Of a stretch of DNA of 64,000 bases, positions 39,569-49,508 are shown piece after piece (positions within the stretch are counted from its first letter, which is position 1; every line of letters starts with the position of its first letter). The stretch is from the NCBI GenBank assembly GCA_036521195.1, contig DATDID010000049.1, positions 10,873 to 74,872 of the forward strand. The letters run 5' to 3'. Under the pieces are notes generated by a model. The model had not been told where the DNA came from. It saw nothing but the letters and a program-made list of their open reading frames with translations, and made no database searches. The position numbers were made by a program, and so were the translations under genes. The DNA is from Candidatus Dormiibacterota bacterium. Its GTDB lineage: Bacteria > Chloroflexota > Dormibacteria > Aeolococcales > Aeolococcaceae.

Positions 39569-41062
39569 ATGGCAATCGATCAATCGTTAGCCGTGAGAGT
39601 TGAAGAAGAGGTGGCGCCAGCGATGTCTGCACCTGCGAAGCCGAAGACCAAACCGGCCGATGTCATTCGCGACGCCCGCGAACGTGGCATCCAGATGGTG
39701 GACCTCCGGTTCACGGACCTCTTCGGTGCCTGGCAGCACTTCAGCATCCCGGTCGGCGAGATGACCGAGGACCTGTTCAAGGAAGGCATCGGCTTCGACG
39801 GGTCGAGCATCCGCGGCTTCCAGAAGATCTTCGAGAGCGACATGCTCCTGTTCCCCGACGCGGGGCGAACCTTCGTGGACAGCACGCTCGAGATCCCGAC
39901 GATGGCGATCGTCTGCGACATCAAGGACCCGATCACGCTCGAGAGCTACAGCCGCGATCCGCGGTACGTCGCGCACAAAGCCGAGGAATACCTGCTCAGC
40001 ACCGGCATCGCCGACACATCGTTCTGGGGACCGGAGCTCGAGTTCTACATCTTCAACTCGATCCGCTTCGACCAGAACACCCATGAGGGCTACTACCACA
40101 TCGATTCCGATGAGGGCATCTGGAACACCGGGAAGAACGGCACCGCCAACCTCGGCTTCCGGCCGAAGCTGAAGCAGGGTTATTTCCCGACGCCGCCGGT
40201 CGACAAGCTGCAGGACCTGCGCAGCAAGATCGTGCTTGCACTCATCGACGCGGGCGTGCACATCGAGGTGCACCACCACGAGGTCGGCACCGCCGGGCAG
40301 ACCGAGATCGACATGCGTTTCGACTCGCTCGTGAGCATGGCCGACAAGGTGCTCATGTACAAGCACATCGTCAAGAACGTCTGCTACCAGAACGGCTACA
40401 CGGCGACGTTCATGCCGAAGCCGCTCTTCGGTGACAACGGCAGCGGGATGCACACGCATCAGTCGCTCTGGAAGGACGGCGTGCCGCTCTTCTACGACAA
40501 GGATGGCTACGCGCTGCTCAGCGACACCGCGCGCTGGTACATCGGCGGCCTGCTCAAGCACGCGCCGGCGATCCTCGCGTTCGCAGCGCCGACCACGAAC
40601 AGTTACCGCCGCCTGGTGCCGGGATACGAGGCGCCGATCAAGCTCGCGTACAGCGCGCGCAACCGCAGCGCCTGCATCCGCATCCCCACGTACAGCGCGG
40701 CGCCGGCTGCACGCCGTCTCGAGTTCCGCTCACCGGACCCGATGTGCAACCCGTACCTCTCGTTCTCCGCATGCCTCATGGCGGGGCTCGACGGGGTCAA
40801 GCGCCAGATCGAGCCGCCGAAGCCCGTTGAGGCCGACCTCTACGAGCTCGAAGGTGAGGAGAAGGCACGTGTCAAGGACCTCCCCGGTTCGCTGACCGAG
40901 GTGCTCAATGCGCTCGAGGTTGACAACGACTTCCTGCTCGAGGGCGGCGTCTTCACCCAGGACCTCATCGACATGTACATCGCGTACAAGCGCGAGAACG
41001 AGGTCGACCCGGTCGCGTTGCGGCCCCATCCATACGAGTTCGCTCTCTACTACGACGCGTGA
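39569..41062 (+). CDS. glnA: glutamine synthetase type I (GlnA1)
   Basis: Canonical GSI blocks (FDGSSI; the adenylylation-loop region NLGFRPK; GSGMHTHQS; NRSACIRIP). AAGGAG RBS before ATG 39569. GTG 39623 is an alternative start. Confidence 0.85.
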   Translation: MAIDQSLAVRVEEEVAPAMSAPAKPKTKPADVIRDARERGIQMVDLRFTDLFGAWQHFSIPVGEMTEDLFKEGIGFDGSSIRGFQKIFESDMLLFPDAGRTFVDSTLEIPTMAIVCDIKDPITLESYSRDPRYVAHKAEEYLLSTGIADTSFWGPELEFYIFNSIRFDQNTHEGYYHIDSDEGIWNTGKNGTANLGFRPKLKQGYFPTPPVDKLQDLRSKIVLALIDAGVHIEVHHHEVGTAGQTEIDMRFDSLVSMADKVLMYKHIVKNVCYQNGYTATFMPKPLFGDNGSGMHTHQSLWKDGVPLFYDKDGYALLSDTARWYIGGLLKHAPAILAFAAPTTNSYRRLVPGYEAPIKLAYSARNRSACIRIPTYSAAPAARRLEFRSPDPMCNPYLSFSACLMAGLDGVKRQIEPPKPVEADLYELEGEEKARVKDLPGSLTEVLNALEVDNDFLLEGGVFTQDLIDMYIAYKRENEVDPVALRPHPYEFALYYDA

Positions 41063-41102
41063 GCGCGAGCTCAGCTGACTGAGCACACCCCTTCCTGGAC
41101 AG

Positions 41103-41132
41103 GGGGCCGGGTTCGTCGCCCGGCCCCTTTCC
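41103..41132. terminator. bidirectional intrinsic-terminator-like hairpin between glnA1 and convergent ABC permease gene
   Basis: GGGGCCGGG-ttcgtcg-CCCGGCCCC followed by TTTCC. Confidence 0.55.
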
Positions 41133-41148
41133 ATGTCCGGCGACGGAC

Positions 41149-41930
41149 CTACGAGATCTTGCCGCGGTAGATGACCATCGCGAAGGTGTACGCGACGACG
41201 AGGATGGCGACGCACCAGGCAAGCGCAATCCAGATGTCGGTACCGACGGGCTGCTGCGTGTAGAGGTCGCGGATCGTGTTGACGATGGACGTCACCGGCT
41301 GGTACTCGGCGAACGCGCGCACCGGGCCGGGCATCGTCGACGTGGGGACGAACGCCGAGCTGACGAGCGGCAGAAAGATGAGCGGATAGGAGAACGCGCT
41401 CGCGCCGTCCACGGACTTCGCGGTGAGTCCGGGGATCACGGCGATCCACGTCAACGCAAGCGTGAACACGATGAGGATGCCGACGACCGCGAGCCACGAC
41501 AGCACACCTGCCCCCGAGCGAAAGCCGATGAGCAGCGCGACGAGAACGACGACGACCAGCGAGATGAGGTTGGCGACCAGCGACGTCAGCACATGCGCCC
41601 AGAGCACGGACGACCGCGCGATCGGCATCGACTGGAAGCGCTCGAAGATGCCGCTCTGCAGGTCGAGAAACAGTCGGAATGCGGTGTACGAGATGCCCGA
41701 CGCGATGGTGATGAGGAGGATCCCGGGCAGCAGGTAGTTCACATATGAGTGCGACCCTGACTTGATCGCGCCGCCGAACACGTAAACGAACAGCAGCATG
41801 AACGCGATGGGCATTATCGTCGTGGTGATGATCGTGTCGACGCTGCGCGTGATGTGGCGCAGGGATCGTCCGGTCAGGTAGGCGGTGTCGGCGAAGAAAT
41901 GCCTGTTCATCGCGGTTCCTCTGCGTCGGT
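41149..41930 (-). CDS. ABC-2 family transporter permease
   Basis: 260 aa with 6 TM helices, an ABC-2 type. Start MNRHFF overlaps the ATPase gene by 24 nt. Confidence 0.7.
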
Positions 41931-42707
41931 GCCTGCCTTGGCCTCGCGGCCGACGAGCGCGAGGAAGACGTCCTCGAGAGTCGGCTGCTTCTCGACGTAC
42001 TCGACCTTCGCGGGCGGGAGCAGTTGCTTCAGCTCGGCCAGCGTGCCGTTGACGATGATTCGACCCTCGTCGAGGATCGCGATCCGGTCGGCGAGTTGCT
42101 CGGCCTCGTCCAGGTAGTGAGTCGTGAGCAGCACCGTTGTGCCGTGCGCGGCGAGCTCTTTGACGGCTTGCCACACCTCGATGCGCGCTTCGGGGTCGAG
42201 CCCCGTCGTCGGCTCGTCGAGGAAGATCACCTGCGGGTTCCCGACAAGGCTCATCGCGATGTCGAGACGGCGGCGCATCCCACCTGAGTAGGTCGACACG
42301 CGCCGCGCGCCCGCCTCGGTCAGCGAGAAGCGATCGAGCAGCGCATCCGCGATCGCGCCCGGGTCCTCGAGGTGGCGAAGGTGTGCAATGAGCACGAGGT
42401 TCTCGCGTCCGCTGAGGATCTCGTCGACGGCGGCGAACTGACCGGTGAGGCTGATGCAACCGCGCACGTCGGCAGCCTGCGTGGCGACGTCGAAGCCGTT
42501 GACGCTTGCTGTGCCGGCGTCCAGGTGCAGGAGTGTGGACAGGATTCGCACGACGGTGGTCTTGCCCGCTCCGTTCGAGCCGAGCAGCGCGAAGATGCTG
42601 CCCGTCGCAACGGCGAAGTCAACGCCGCGCAACGCCTGCACCTTCTTGTAGGACTTCGTGACGCCCTGCACGTGAATCGCAGGCGCATCCACCGACAGAA
42701 CTGTCAT
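41907..42707 (-). CDS. ABC transporter ATP-binding protein (DrrA-like)
   Basis: Walker A GSNGAGKTT, Q-loop, signature YSGGMRRRLDIA, Walker B IFLDEPTTGLD, and H-loop TTHYL. Confidence 0.85.
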   Translation of the reverse strand: MTVLSVDAPAIHVQGVTKSYKKVQALRGVDFAVATGSIFALLGSNGAGKTTVVRILSTLLHLDAGTASVNGFDVATQAADVRGCISLTGQFAAVDEILSGRENLVLIAHLRHLEDPGAIADALLDRFSLTEAGARRVSTYSGGMRRRLDIAMSLVGNPQVIFLDEPTTGLDPEARIEVWQAVKELAAHGTTVLLTTHYLDEAEQLADRIAILDEGRIIVNGTLAELKQLLPPAKVEYVEKQPTLEDVFLALVGREAKAGTDAEEPR

Positions 42708-43081
42708 CGGACTGCGCTCGCTTCATGTCCGCTGGTTTCGTCGGCCGCGCGGTCGATGGCGCTCACCAGCCGATCGCGCTCGCGAGTCCTCCAGTGTCCG
42801 TCGGGATAGTTCCGGACGAACGTCTCGAGAAATTCCACAGGGTCCTCTCCGACGATCTCGCGAATCGGCGTCCCGTTGGCCGCGCTCTGCTCGAACAGGT
42901 CGAGGAGGTCCTCGAACATTGCCGCGGCGCGCTCGCCGTCACCGCCTGGACCGCAGTACATGAGGTACCGCTCCAAGGCCTCGACAGCCGTGCGATAGCT
43001 CTCGGGAAGCTTTCGTGTGCGCGCCTTGTGCTCCCGCCACTGCCGCTTTTCGCCGATCACCTTTGTGATGAACCTGTTCAT
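42704..43081 (-). CDS. DUF1048-family protein
   Basis: 125 aa all-helical protein that commonly follows PadR regulators. Overlaps the ABC ATPase start. Confidence 0.5.
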   Translation of the reverse strand: MNRFITKVIGEKRQWREHKARTRKLPESYRTAVEALERYLMYCGPGGDGERAAAMFEDLLDLFEQSAANGTPIREIVGEDPVEFLETFVRNYPDGHWRTRERDRLVSAIDRAADETSGHEASAVR

Positions 43082-43410
43082 CAGCCTCCTCCTTGCAGTT
43101 GTTCCAGCTGTTCCGCGAGGAAGCTCCAGGTCCTCCAGAACTCTTCGAGATATGCCCGACCCTGGGCGTTGAGCGAATACACCTTGCGTGGCGGCCCTTT
43201 CTCGGACGGCGTCTTCTCGACATCGACGTAGGCCTTCTGCTCGAACCGGACGAGCAGGGCGTACACGGTGCCCTCGGCGATGTCGGCAAAGCCGCGCTCC
43301 CGCAGCCGGGCCGTGATCACGTAGCCGTACGCGGGCCCCATGGACAGGATCGCCAGGACGATGCCCTCGAGCGTGCCCTTGAGCATCTCCGTCATCTGCT
43401 GCTTGCCCAC
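43081..43410 (-). CDS. PadR-family transcriptional regulator
   Basis: LKGTLEGIVLAILSMGPAYGYVI...YALLVRFEQKAYV is the PadR winged helix. Confidence 0.75.
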   Translation of the reverse strand: MGKQQMTEMLKGTLEGIVLAILSMGPAYGYVITARLRERGFADIAEGTVYALLVRFEQKAYVDVEKTPSEKGPPRKVYSLNAQGRAYLEEFWRTWSFLAEQLEQLQGGG

Positions 43411-43645
43411 GAAACCCGACGCCTCCTGCCTACTCAGCGGTACCGACTACTGGTAGATAGTAGCACTGAGTACCAGAAAGGCAAGCCCGGCGTCTGGGCG
43501 GCTGCTCAGAAGTGCGGCAGCCGGCACGTCGGCACCCTCTCAGGACGTTGCAGCGCTCGGCGCCTTGACTGCTCAGGAGGTTGCAGCGCTCGGCGCCTCC
43601 GTGATCTCGCCGAAGCCGTCGCAGAGCCGGCAGGCTGGGAACTGC

Positions 43646-43999
43646 TTACGCGCTTGGGCGCGGGCGCAGGACGCAGAACTCGTTGGCCTCGGGATCGGCC
43701 ATCACCACCCAGGTGACGTCACCCTGGCCGATGTCAATCCGCCGTGCGCCGAGCGAGATGAGCCGCTCGACCTCCGCGTCCTGGTCGTCCGGGCGGAGGT
43801 CGAGGTGGATGCGGTCCTTCACGGACTTTCCCTCGGGCACCTGCAGGAAGAGGATGTCCGGGCTCTCGCCACCGGGTTCGATCCACCACTCACCATCGTC
43901 GGGGCCGTGCAACTCCAGGCCGAGCGCCTCGCTCCAGAAGGACGCGACCAGCAGTGGGTCGGAGCAGTCGATGACGATGTTCTGCCAGCGGAGGGTCAT
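43646..43999 (-). CDS. VOC/glyoxalase-family protein
   Basis: 117 aa. Start MTLRWQNIVIDCSDP. beta-alpha-beta-beta-beta glyoxalase fold signature (IHLDLRP...E). Confidence 0.6.
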   Translation of the reverse strand: MTLRWQNIVIDCSDPLLVASFWSEALGLELHGPDDGEWWIEPGGESPDILFLQVPEGKSVKDRIHLDLRPDDQDAEVERLISLGARRIDIGQGDVTWVVMADPEANEFCVLRPRPSA

Positions 44000-44077
44000 G
44001 GGTATGAGTGTATGGAAGGAGCCATCCTCGATGCCGCGACGCTCAGAGCTTCGCCTAGAGTTTGGCCCGACGATCTC

Positions 44078-46072
44078 ATGACTCCAGAAAGCAAAACGCC
44101 GACGCAAGGCGGGTCCCCGCACACCGATGACGGCATCGACTCGGCTTCTGCCGATTCGCGGCCTGCCGAGAATGCAACAGCCGACGACGTCCGCCGTCTC
44201 GAGCAGGAGCTCGCCGACGCGTACGTGGAGCTGCGCAAAGCCGAGGACCGCATCAACAGCCTCGTGAGCTTGATGGGGACGCAGTCGTACCGCCTCGGAA
44301 GCCTCATCGCCGCGACATCTCGGAAGTGCGCGCCCGCCGGGACCGCGAGGCGCCGAGCGCTGACCTCGATCATCGCCGCAGCGCGGGAGGCGCGCACAGA
44401 TCCGCGGTTGCTGCTGTCCCGCGGATCGAGGCTGAGCCTCGTGGATCTGCGCTGGAATCGGTTCTGCAACGAACACGATCCGAGCCCTGCATCCTTGCGC
44501 GGCATGCGCGAGCTCTCGACATCGTGGGACGAGCGGCCGCTCGTCAGCATCGTCATGCCGACGTACGAACCGCAGGGGCAGTTCTTTCGGGCGGCGATCG
44601 ACTCCGTGCGGGCGCAGGCATACCAGCGCTGGGAACTCTGCATCGTCGACGATGGATCACCGACGGATGCGGCTGCGAAAATCGTCGAGGGGTACCGCGA
44701 TACGCGCATCCGGTTCTCGACGCGATCCGTCAACGGGGGCATTGCCGCCGCGTCGCAGACCGCCGCCGACATGGCAACCGGCGATCTGATCGCGTTCCTC
44801 GATCACGATGACGTGCTGCGTCCACACGCGATCTTCGAGATGGTCAGCTACCTCAGGGCGCACCCGATGTGTGACCTGCTCTATTCGGACGAGGACAAGC
44901 TCGACCCCTGGAAACGCCGTGTCGAGGCGCACCTCAAGCCCGACTGGTCTCCGGAGCTGATGGACAGCTGCAACTACATGTGTCATTTCACCGCGATCCG
45001 TCGCGATCTCTTCGATCGTGCCGGGGGGTTCCGCTCCGGTTTCGACGGCAGCCAGGACCACGACCTCTTTCTCCGTTGTGCCGAGCTCGCGAAGGAGATC
45101 GGTCATGTTCGCGAGGTGCTCTACAGCTGGCGCATCAACGTGGGTTCTTCCGCAGGCAGCACCGAGGCGAAGCCCGAGGCGAATCGTGCCAGGGTCCAGG
45201 CCCTCGAGGACCGGCTGGCGAGATCCGGAGAGACAGGAACGGTGGCTCCGAGCGAGCTGCAGGGGGCATCCCTCCTCCGGCGCACCATCGTCGGCGCTCC
45301 AACGATCGGTGTGATCATCCCCACTCGAGATGCGGTCGACCTCCTCGAGATGTCGGTTGCCTGCGTCGAAGAAGAGTCGACGCAACTCGACGTTCGCATC
45401 GTGATCGTCGACAACGGCAGCGCGGACGCGGCGACCCTCGAGTACCTCGATCGGTGCGGACACCTTGTCGTTCGCGCTCCGGGCGCCTTCAACTTCTCCC
45501 GGCTGGTGAACCGAGGTGTGACGGCCGCCGGCCCCGTCGACCACATCCTTCTCTTCAACAATGACGTGGTGCGCGGGCGGCCGGGATGGCTCGGGGCGCT
45601 CGTCGAGCACAGTCAGCGCCCAGGTATCGGTGCGGTCGGCGCGAGGCTCCTCTATGAGGACGGGACTCCGCAACACGAAGGGATCTGGGTTGGTACTCCC
45701 AACGGCCCTGCTGAGAACCTTGATCTCTCGGGCTACTTCGGCATGGGGCTCGTCGCGCGCAACGTGTCCGCTGTGACCGGCGCGTGTCTGATGGTGAAAC
45801 GTGTGCTGTGGGAGGAGCTCGGAGGTTTCGACGAGGAGCTGCACGTGGCCCTCAACGACGTGGACTTCTGCCTGCGCCTGCTGCGCGCCGGATATCGCAA
45901 TGTCTACACGCCTGCCGCGGAGCTCACCCATCTCGAGTCGGCGACGCGTGGCCGCCGCCACCCTGTCGAGGATGAGCAGTTGTTCGTCTCGCGATGGGGA
46001 CCGTTTCCGCAGGGTTTCGACCGCTATGTCGGACGCAGCATCTGCGCCTTCGACCCGGTCGCCTACAGCTGA
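44078..46072 (+). CDS. glycosyltransferase family 2 protein with two GT-A domains
   Basis: Two GT2 blocks (VSIVMPTYE...DDGS...FLDHDD and IGVIIPTRD...VDNGS...NNDV). Coiled-coil N-terminus. Start at MTPESK. The upstream ORF-track extension is rejected. Confidence 0.75.
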   Translation: MTPESKTPTQGGSPHTDDGIDSASADSRPAENATADDVRRLEQELADAYVELRKAEDRINSLVSLMGTQSYRLGSLIAATSRKCAPAGTARRRALTSIIAAAREARTDPRLLLSRGSRLSLVDLRWNRFCNEHDPSPASLRGMRELSTSWDERPLVSIVMPTYEPQGQFFRAAIDSVRAQAYQRWELCIVDDGSPTDAAAKIVEGYRDTRIRFSTRSVNGGIAAASQTAADMATGDLIAFLDHDDVLRPHAIFEMVSYLRAHPMCDLLYSDEDKLDPWKRRVEAHLKPDWSPELMDSCNYMCHFTAIRRDLFDRAGGFRSGFDGSQDHDLFLRCAELAKEIGHVREVLYSWRINVGSSAGSTEAKPEANRARVQALEDRLARSGETGTVAPSELQGASLLRRTIVGAPTIGVIIPTRDAVDLLEMSVACVEEESTQLDVRIVIVDNGSADAATLEYLDRCGHLVVRAPGAFNFSRLVNRGVTAAGPVDHILLFNNDVVRGRPGWLGALVEHSQRPGIGAVGARLLYEDGTPQHEGIWVGTPNGPAENLDLSGYFGMGLVARNVSAVTGACLMVKRVLWEELGGFDEELHVALNDVDFCLRLLRAGYRNVYTPAAELTHLESATRGRRHPVEDEQLFVSRWGPFPQGFDRYVGRSICAFDPVAYS

Positions 46073-46073
46073 G

Positions 46074-47948
46074 TCAGCCCGCCAGCACCTCGCCGGCGGG
46101 CAAGAGCGTGAGCGCTGCTGCGGCGATGCCGTCAGCGTCGAGCCCCATCTGCGCGAGCAGCGGTCCCTGTGCACCGTGCTCGATGAAGTGGTCGGGCAGG
46201 CCCATGCGGATCACGGGAACGGTCACGCCGTCGGCAGAGAGCAGATCGGTGACCGCCGAGCCGAAGCCACCGCTCGCAACGCCGTCCTCGACCGTGATGA
46301 TGCCCTTGTGGCGCGCGCAGATGTCACTGAGCTTCGGGTCAAGCGGCTTGACAAAACGCGCGTCGACGACGGTCGCGGAGACGCCGGCCGTGGCGAGCTT
46401 CTCCTGCGCGTGCATCGCAACCGTGACCATCTTGCCGACCGCGAGCAAGGCGATATCGCGTCCGCGATGACGGATCTCGCTGCTGGGGATCGGGAGCGGA
46501 TCGAGCGCGGCCGTGCCGGGGCCGGGGGCCGCTCCGCGAGGAAAGCGCAGTGAGAATGGGCCGTCGCTCGCGATCGCAGTGGCGAACAGCCGCCGCAACT
46601 CGTCCGGGGAGCTCGGCGCCGAGATGGTCATGCCGGGGATGCAGCGCAGAAACGCAAGATCGAGCATGCCGTGGTGCGAGGGCCCGTCGTTCCCGGTGAT
46701 GCCGGCGCGATCGATGACGAACGTCACCGGAAGTTGATGCAGCGCAACATCGCAGGCGATCTGGTCGAAGGCGCGCTGCAGGAACGTGGAATAGATGCAC
46801 ACAACCGGCCGAAGGCCGCGCATCGCGAGGCCGGCGGCAAACGTGACTGCGTGCTGCTCCGCGATACCGACGTCGAAGAAGCGATCCGGGAAACGCCGCG
46901 CGAACTCGAGGAGCCCGGTGGATGAGGCCATGGCAGCGGTGATCGCGACGATCGTCGGATCGGTTTCGGCCGCTTCGCACAGCGCGTCACCGAAGATGTC
47001 CGTCCAGTCCGGTGCCTTCTTGGACGTGGTGCCACTGTCCGGGTCGAACGTCGACACTCCGTGGAACTTGTCAATCTTGTCTGCAACCGCGGGACCGTAG
47101 CCCTGGCCTTTGTTGGTCACAACGTGCACGACGACCGGCCCGCGAATGCGCGCCGCGTCACGCAGCGCTTTCTCCACCGCCTGCAGGTCGTGTCCGTCGA
47201 TGGGACCGCCGTATTTCAACCCGAGCGTCTCGAAGATGGAGATCGGCGCCACGAGTTGCTTGAGCGAGTTCTTCATACGGCGCGCGGTCTCGTACGCGGA
47301 GTGACCGACAGCGGGGAGCGAGCGGAGCGCGACGCCGGCCGCATCTTTGGCAGCCTCGTAGCGCGGGGAGAGCCGCAGATGTCCGAGGTTCTCGGCGATC
47401 CCGCCGACGGTGGGCGCGTAGCTGCGCCCGTTGTCGTTGAGGATGATCACCATCTCGGGCTTGAGCTGACCGATGTTGTTGAGGGCCTCGTACGCCATCC
47501 CACCGGTGAGCGCACCGTCGCCGACGACGCAGACGACCTTGCCTCCCTCGCCGGTGAGCTGACGAGCAGTGGCAAAGGCGAGCGCGTAGCTAAGCCCCGT
47601 CGAGGCGTGCGAATTTTCGACGAGGTCGTGCTCCGATTCCTTGCGCGACGGGTAGCCGCTCATCCCACCCTGCTGACGCAGGGTCTCGAACTGCTCGACG
47701 CGGCCCGTCAGCATCTTGTGCACGTAGGCCTGGTGGCCGGTGTCGAAGATGATCGCGTCGCGCGGGCTCTCAAACACGCGGTGCATCGCGACCGTCAGTT
47801 CGACGACGCCGAGATTCGGCCCGAGGTGCCCTCCGGTCCGCGACACCGCGTTGATGAGGACATCCCGGATTTCCGCGCAGAGACGGGTGAGGTCTTCGGG
47901 GCCGAGGTCACGCAGGTCGGCAGGTCCGGAGATCTCCTCGAGCAGCAC
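46074..47948 (-). CDS. dxs: 1-deoxy-D-xylulose-5-phosphate synthase
   Basis: GHLGPNLGVVELTVAMH, the ThDP-binding GDG motif (VVGDGALTGGMAYEALNN), and the transketolase-like C-terminal domain. GTG start. Confidence 0.9.
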   Translation of the reverse strand: MLLEEISGPADLRDLGPEDLTRLCAEIRDVLINAVSRTGGHLGPNLGVVELTVAMHRVFESPRDAIIFDTGHQAYVHKMLTGRVEQFETLRQQGGMSGYPSRKESEHDLVENSHASTGLSYALAFATARQLTGEGGKVVCVVGDGALTGGMAYEALNNIGQLKPEMVIILNDNGRSYAPTVGGIAENLGHLRLSPRYEAAKDAAGVALRSLPAVGHSAYETARRMKNSLKQLVAPISIFETLGLKYGGPIDGHDLQAVEKALRDAARIRGPVVVHVVTNKGQGYGPAVADKIDKFHGVSTFDPDSGTTSKKAPDWTDIFGDALCEAAETDPTIVAITAAMASSTGLLEFARRFPDRFFDVGIAEQHAVTFAAGLAMRGLRPVVCIYSTFLQRAFDQIACDVALHQLPVTFVIDRAGITGNDGPSHHGMLDLAFLRCIPGMTISAPSSPDELRRLFATAIASDGPFSLRFPRGAAPGPGTAALDPLPIPSSEIRHRGRDIALLAVGKMVTVAMHAQEKLATAGVSATVVDARFVKPLDPKLSDICARHKGIITVEDGVASGGFGSAVTDLLSADGVTVPVIRMGLPDHFIEHGAQGPLLAQMGLDADGIAAAALTLLPAGEVLAG

Positions 47949-48033
47949 AAGATCAGTCTAGTGGAGCAGTCCGCGCGGCGGTCCCTGCACGGAAAGGCCC
48001 AGAGATAACGGTCGCGGAGCATGATTACCGGCC

Positions 48034-48840
48034 ATGCAGGGACTGGAGCCGCGCGAGGCAGTGCTGGAATGTGCCGCGCGCGACGGGGATATCGCCGAGG
48101 GCGCCCTCTGGATCGCCGCTGACGACTGCCCCGGTGTGGAGCCCGAGCGCTGGCTCGAGCGCCTTGATGATCTGGCCGGCGAGCTGCGCTCGCGCTGCGG
48201 CCTCAACGGGTGCGGTCCGGCCGACGCCCCGATGGTTGGGGCGCTGCTGCGCGACCGCCTCAGGCTGCGCGGCGCTGGCGGTGGCGATCCGCGCGCGCAC
48301 TACCTCCACAACGTCCTCGAGCGAGGCGCGGGCGTGCCGATCGCCTGCTCGGCGATCTGGATCGCGGTCGGCGCCCGCGCGCAGATCCCGATCGAGGGTG
48401 TGAACCTGCCAGGGCACTTCGTGGTTCGCGTCGACGGGCACATGTTCGACACCGTCGCGAGTGGCGAGCCGCTCGACGACGAGGATGTCCTGCGGCTCGT
48501 GACCTCCTCGACGGGGCGCACGGTCGACGGTCTCGAGCCCGCGCAGCTGGCTCGAGCCAGCTCGCGCGACATGCTCGCCCGAATGTCGCGCAACCTCCGC
48601 CGCTGCTACACGAGCCTCGAGTGCTGGGACCAGGCGTTGCGCTCGGCCGATCGTTGCGTCGACCTGATGGCGTCGGCACCCGCGGAGCGGCGCGACCGCG
48701 GCCTGTTGCTCTGGCGTATGGGAAAGATCGTCGCCGCGCTGGCCGACATCAATGCGTATCTCGAAGAGGCGCCGGAGACGTGCTCCGACCGCACGTCGAT
48801 GACCGAGGTGGCCGGCCGGCTGCGTGCTTTCCTGAACTGA
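48034..48840 (+). CDS. transglutaminase-like/TPR protein (SirB1-N-like)
   Basis: N-terminal transglutaminase-like core with a Cys/His/Asp arrangement (PIACSAIW...GHFVVRVD...D). C-terminal helical repeats. Confidence 0.5.
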   Translation: MQGLEPREAVLECAARDGDIAEGALWIAADDCPGVEPERWLERLDDLAGELRSRCGLNGCGPADAPMVGALLRDRLRLRGAGGGDPRAHYLHNVLERGAGVPIACSAIWIAVGARAQIPIEGVNLPGHFVVRVDGHMFDTVASGEPLDDEDVLRLVTSSTGRTVDGLEPAQLARASSRDMLARMSRNLRRCYTSLECWDQALRSADRCVDLMASAPAERRDRGLLLWRMGKIVAALADINAYLEEAPETCSDRTSMTEVAGRLRAFLN

Positions 48841-48858
48841 CGGCAGGGAGAGACCAGG

Positions 48859-49302
48859 ATGGACATGAGGCTCGAGGTGGTGGTGCTGCCCGTCGCGGAC
48901 GTCGACAGGGCCAAAGTCTTCTACCAATCGCTCGGCTGGCGGCTTGACGCGGACTTCGCCGGCGCCGGCGGCTTCAGGGTCGTGCAGCTGACGCCTCCGG
49001 GCTCGGCGTGCTCGGTCATCTTCGGGAGCGAGGTCACGTCGGCGACCCCAGGCTCGGCCGACGGCTTGCAGCTCGTGGTCTCCGATATCGATGCGGCGCG
49101 AGTGGAACTCGCCGGGCACGGCGTCGATGTGAGCGACGTGTTCCACGACGCGGGCGGCGTCTTCCACCATGCCGGTGATGCGAGTCGGGCGTCCGGGCCG
49201 GCGCCGGAGCACAAGACCTACGGCTCGTTCGTCTCGTTCAGCGATCCGGATGGGAACCGCTGGTACGTCCAGGAAGTCACCACGCGCCTGCCCGGCCGCT
49301 GA
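48859..49302 (+). CDS. VOC/glyoxalase-bleomycin-resistance family protein
   Basis: VVLPVADVDRAKVFYQSLGW...DPDGNRW is a typical VOC pattern. Confidence 0.65.
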   Translation: MDMRLEVVVLPVADVDRAKVFYQSLGWRLDADFAGAGGFRVVQLTPPGSACSVIFGSEVTSATPGSADGLQLVVSDIDAARVELAGHGVDVSDVFHDAGGVFHHAGDASRASGPAPEHKTYGSFVSFSDPDGNRWYVQEVTTRLPGR

Positions 49303-49314
49303 GGAGAACGCCCA

Positions 49315-49500
49315 ATGACAGCGACGTACGACTCCGCCACCACGCTTGCCGCGGCGTTGCGTCGCGCCGCCGCGGCGCACGGCCGCCACGAAGCCGAGAT
49401 CGGGCACGCGGATGAGAACTGGCCGGACTGGTATGCCCAGTTCATGGTCGACGAGCAGACAGAGCGATCCGGTGACGGCGCGCCCGAGGCGACCACTTGA
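49315..49500 (+). CDS. small hypothetical protein (61 aa)
   Basis: Intact ORF between two coupled genes. No motif. Confidence 0.3.
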   Translation: MTATYDSATTLAAALRRAAAAHGRHEAEIGHADENWPDWYAQFMVDEQTERSGDGAPEATT

Positions 49501-49508
49501 GCAGCAGC

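Noticed and set aside
43565-44077. 5' extension of the glycosyltransferase ORF (ORF track starts at 43565)
   Set aside because: It overlaps a well-formed VOC-family gene on the opposite strand. The GT coiled-coil N-terminus begins naturally at MTPESK (44078).
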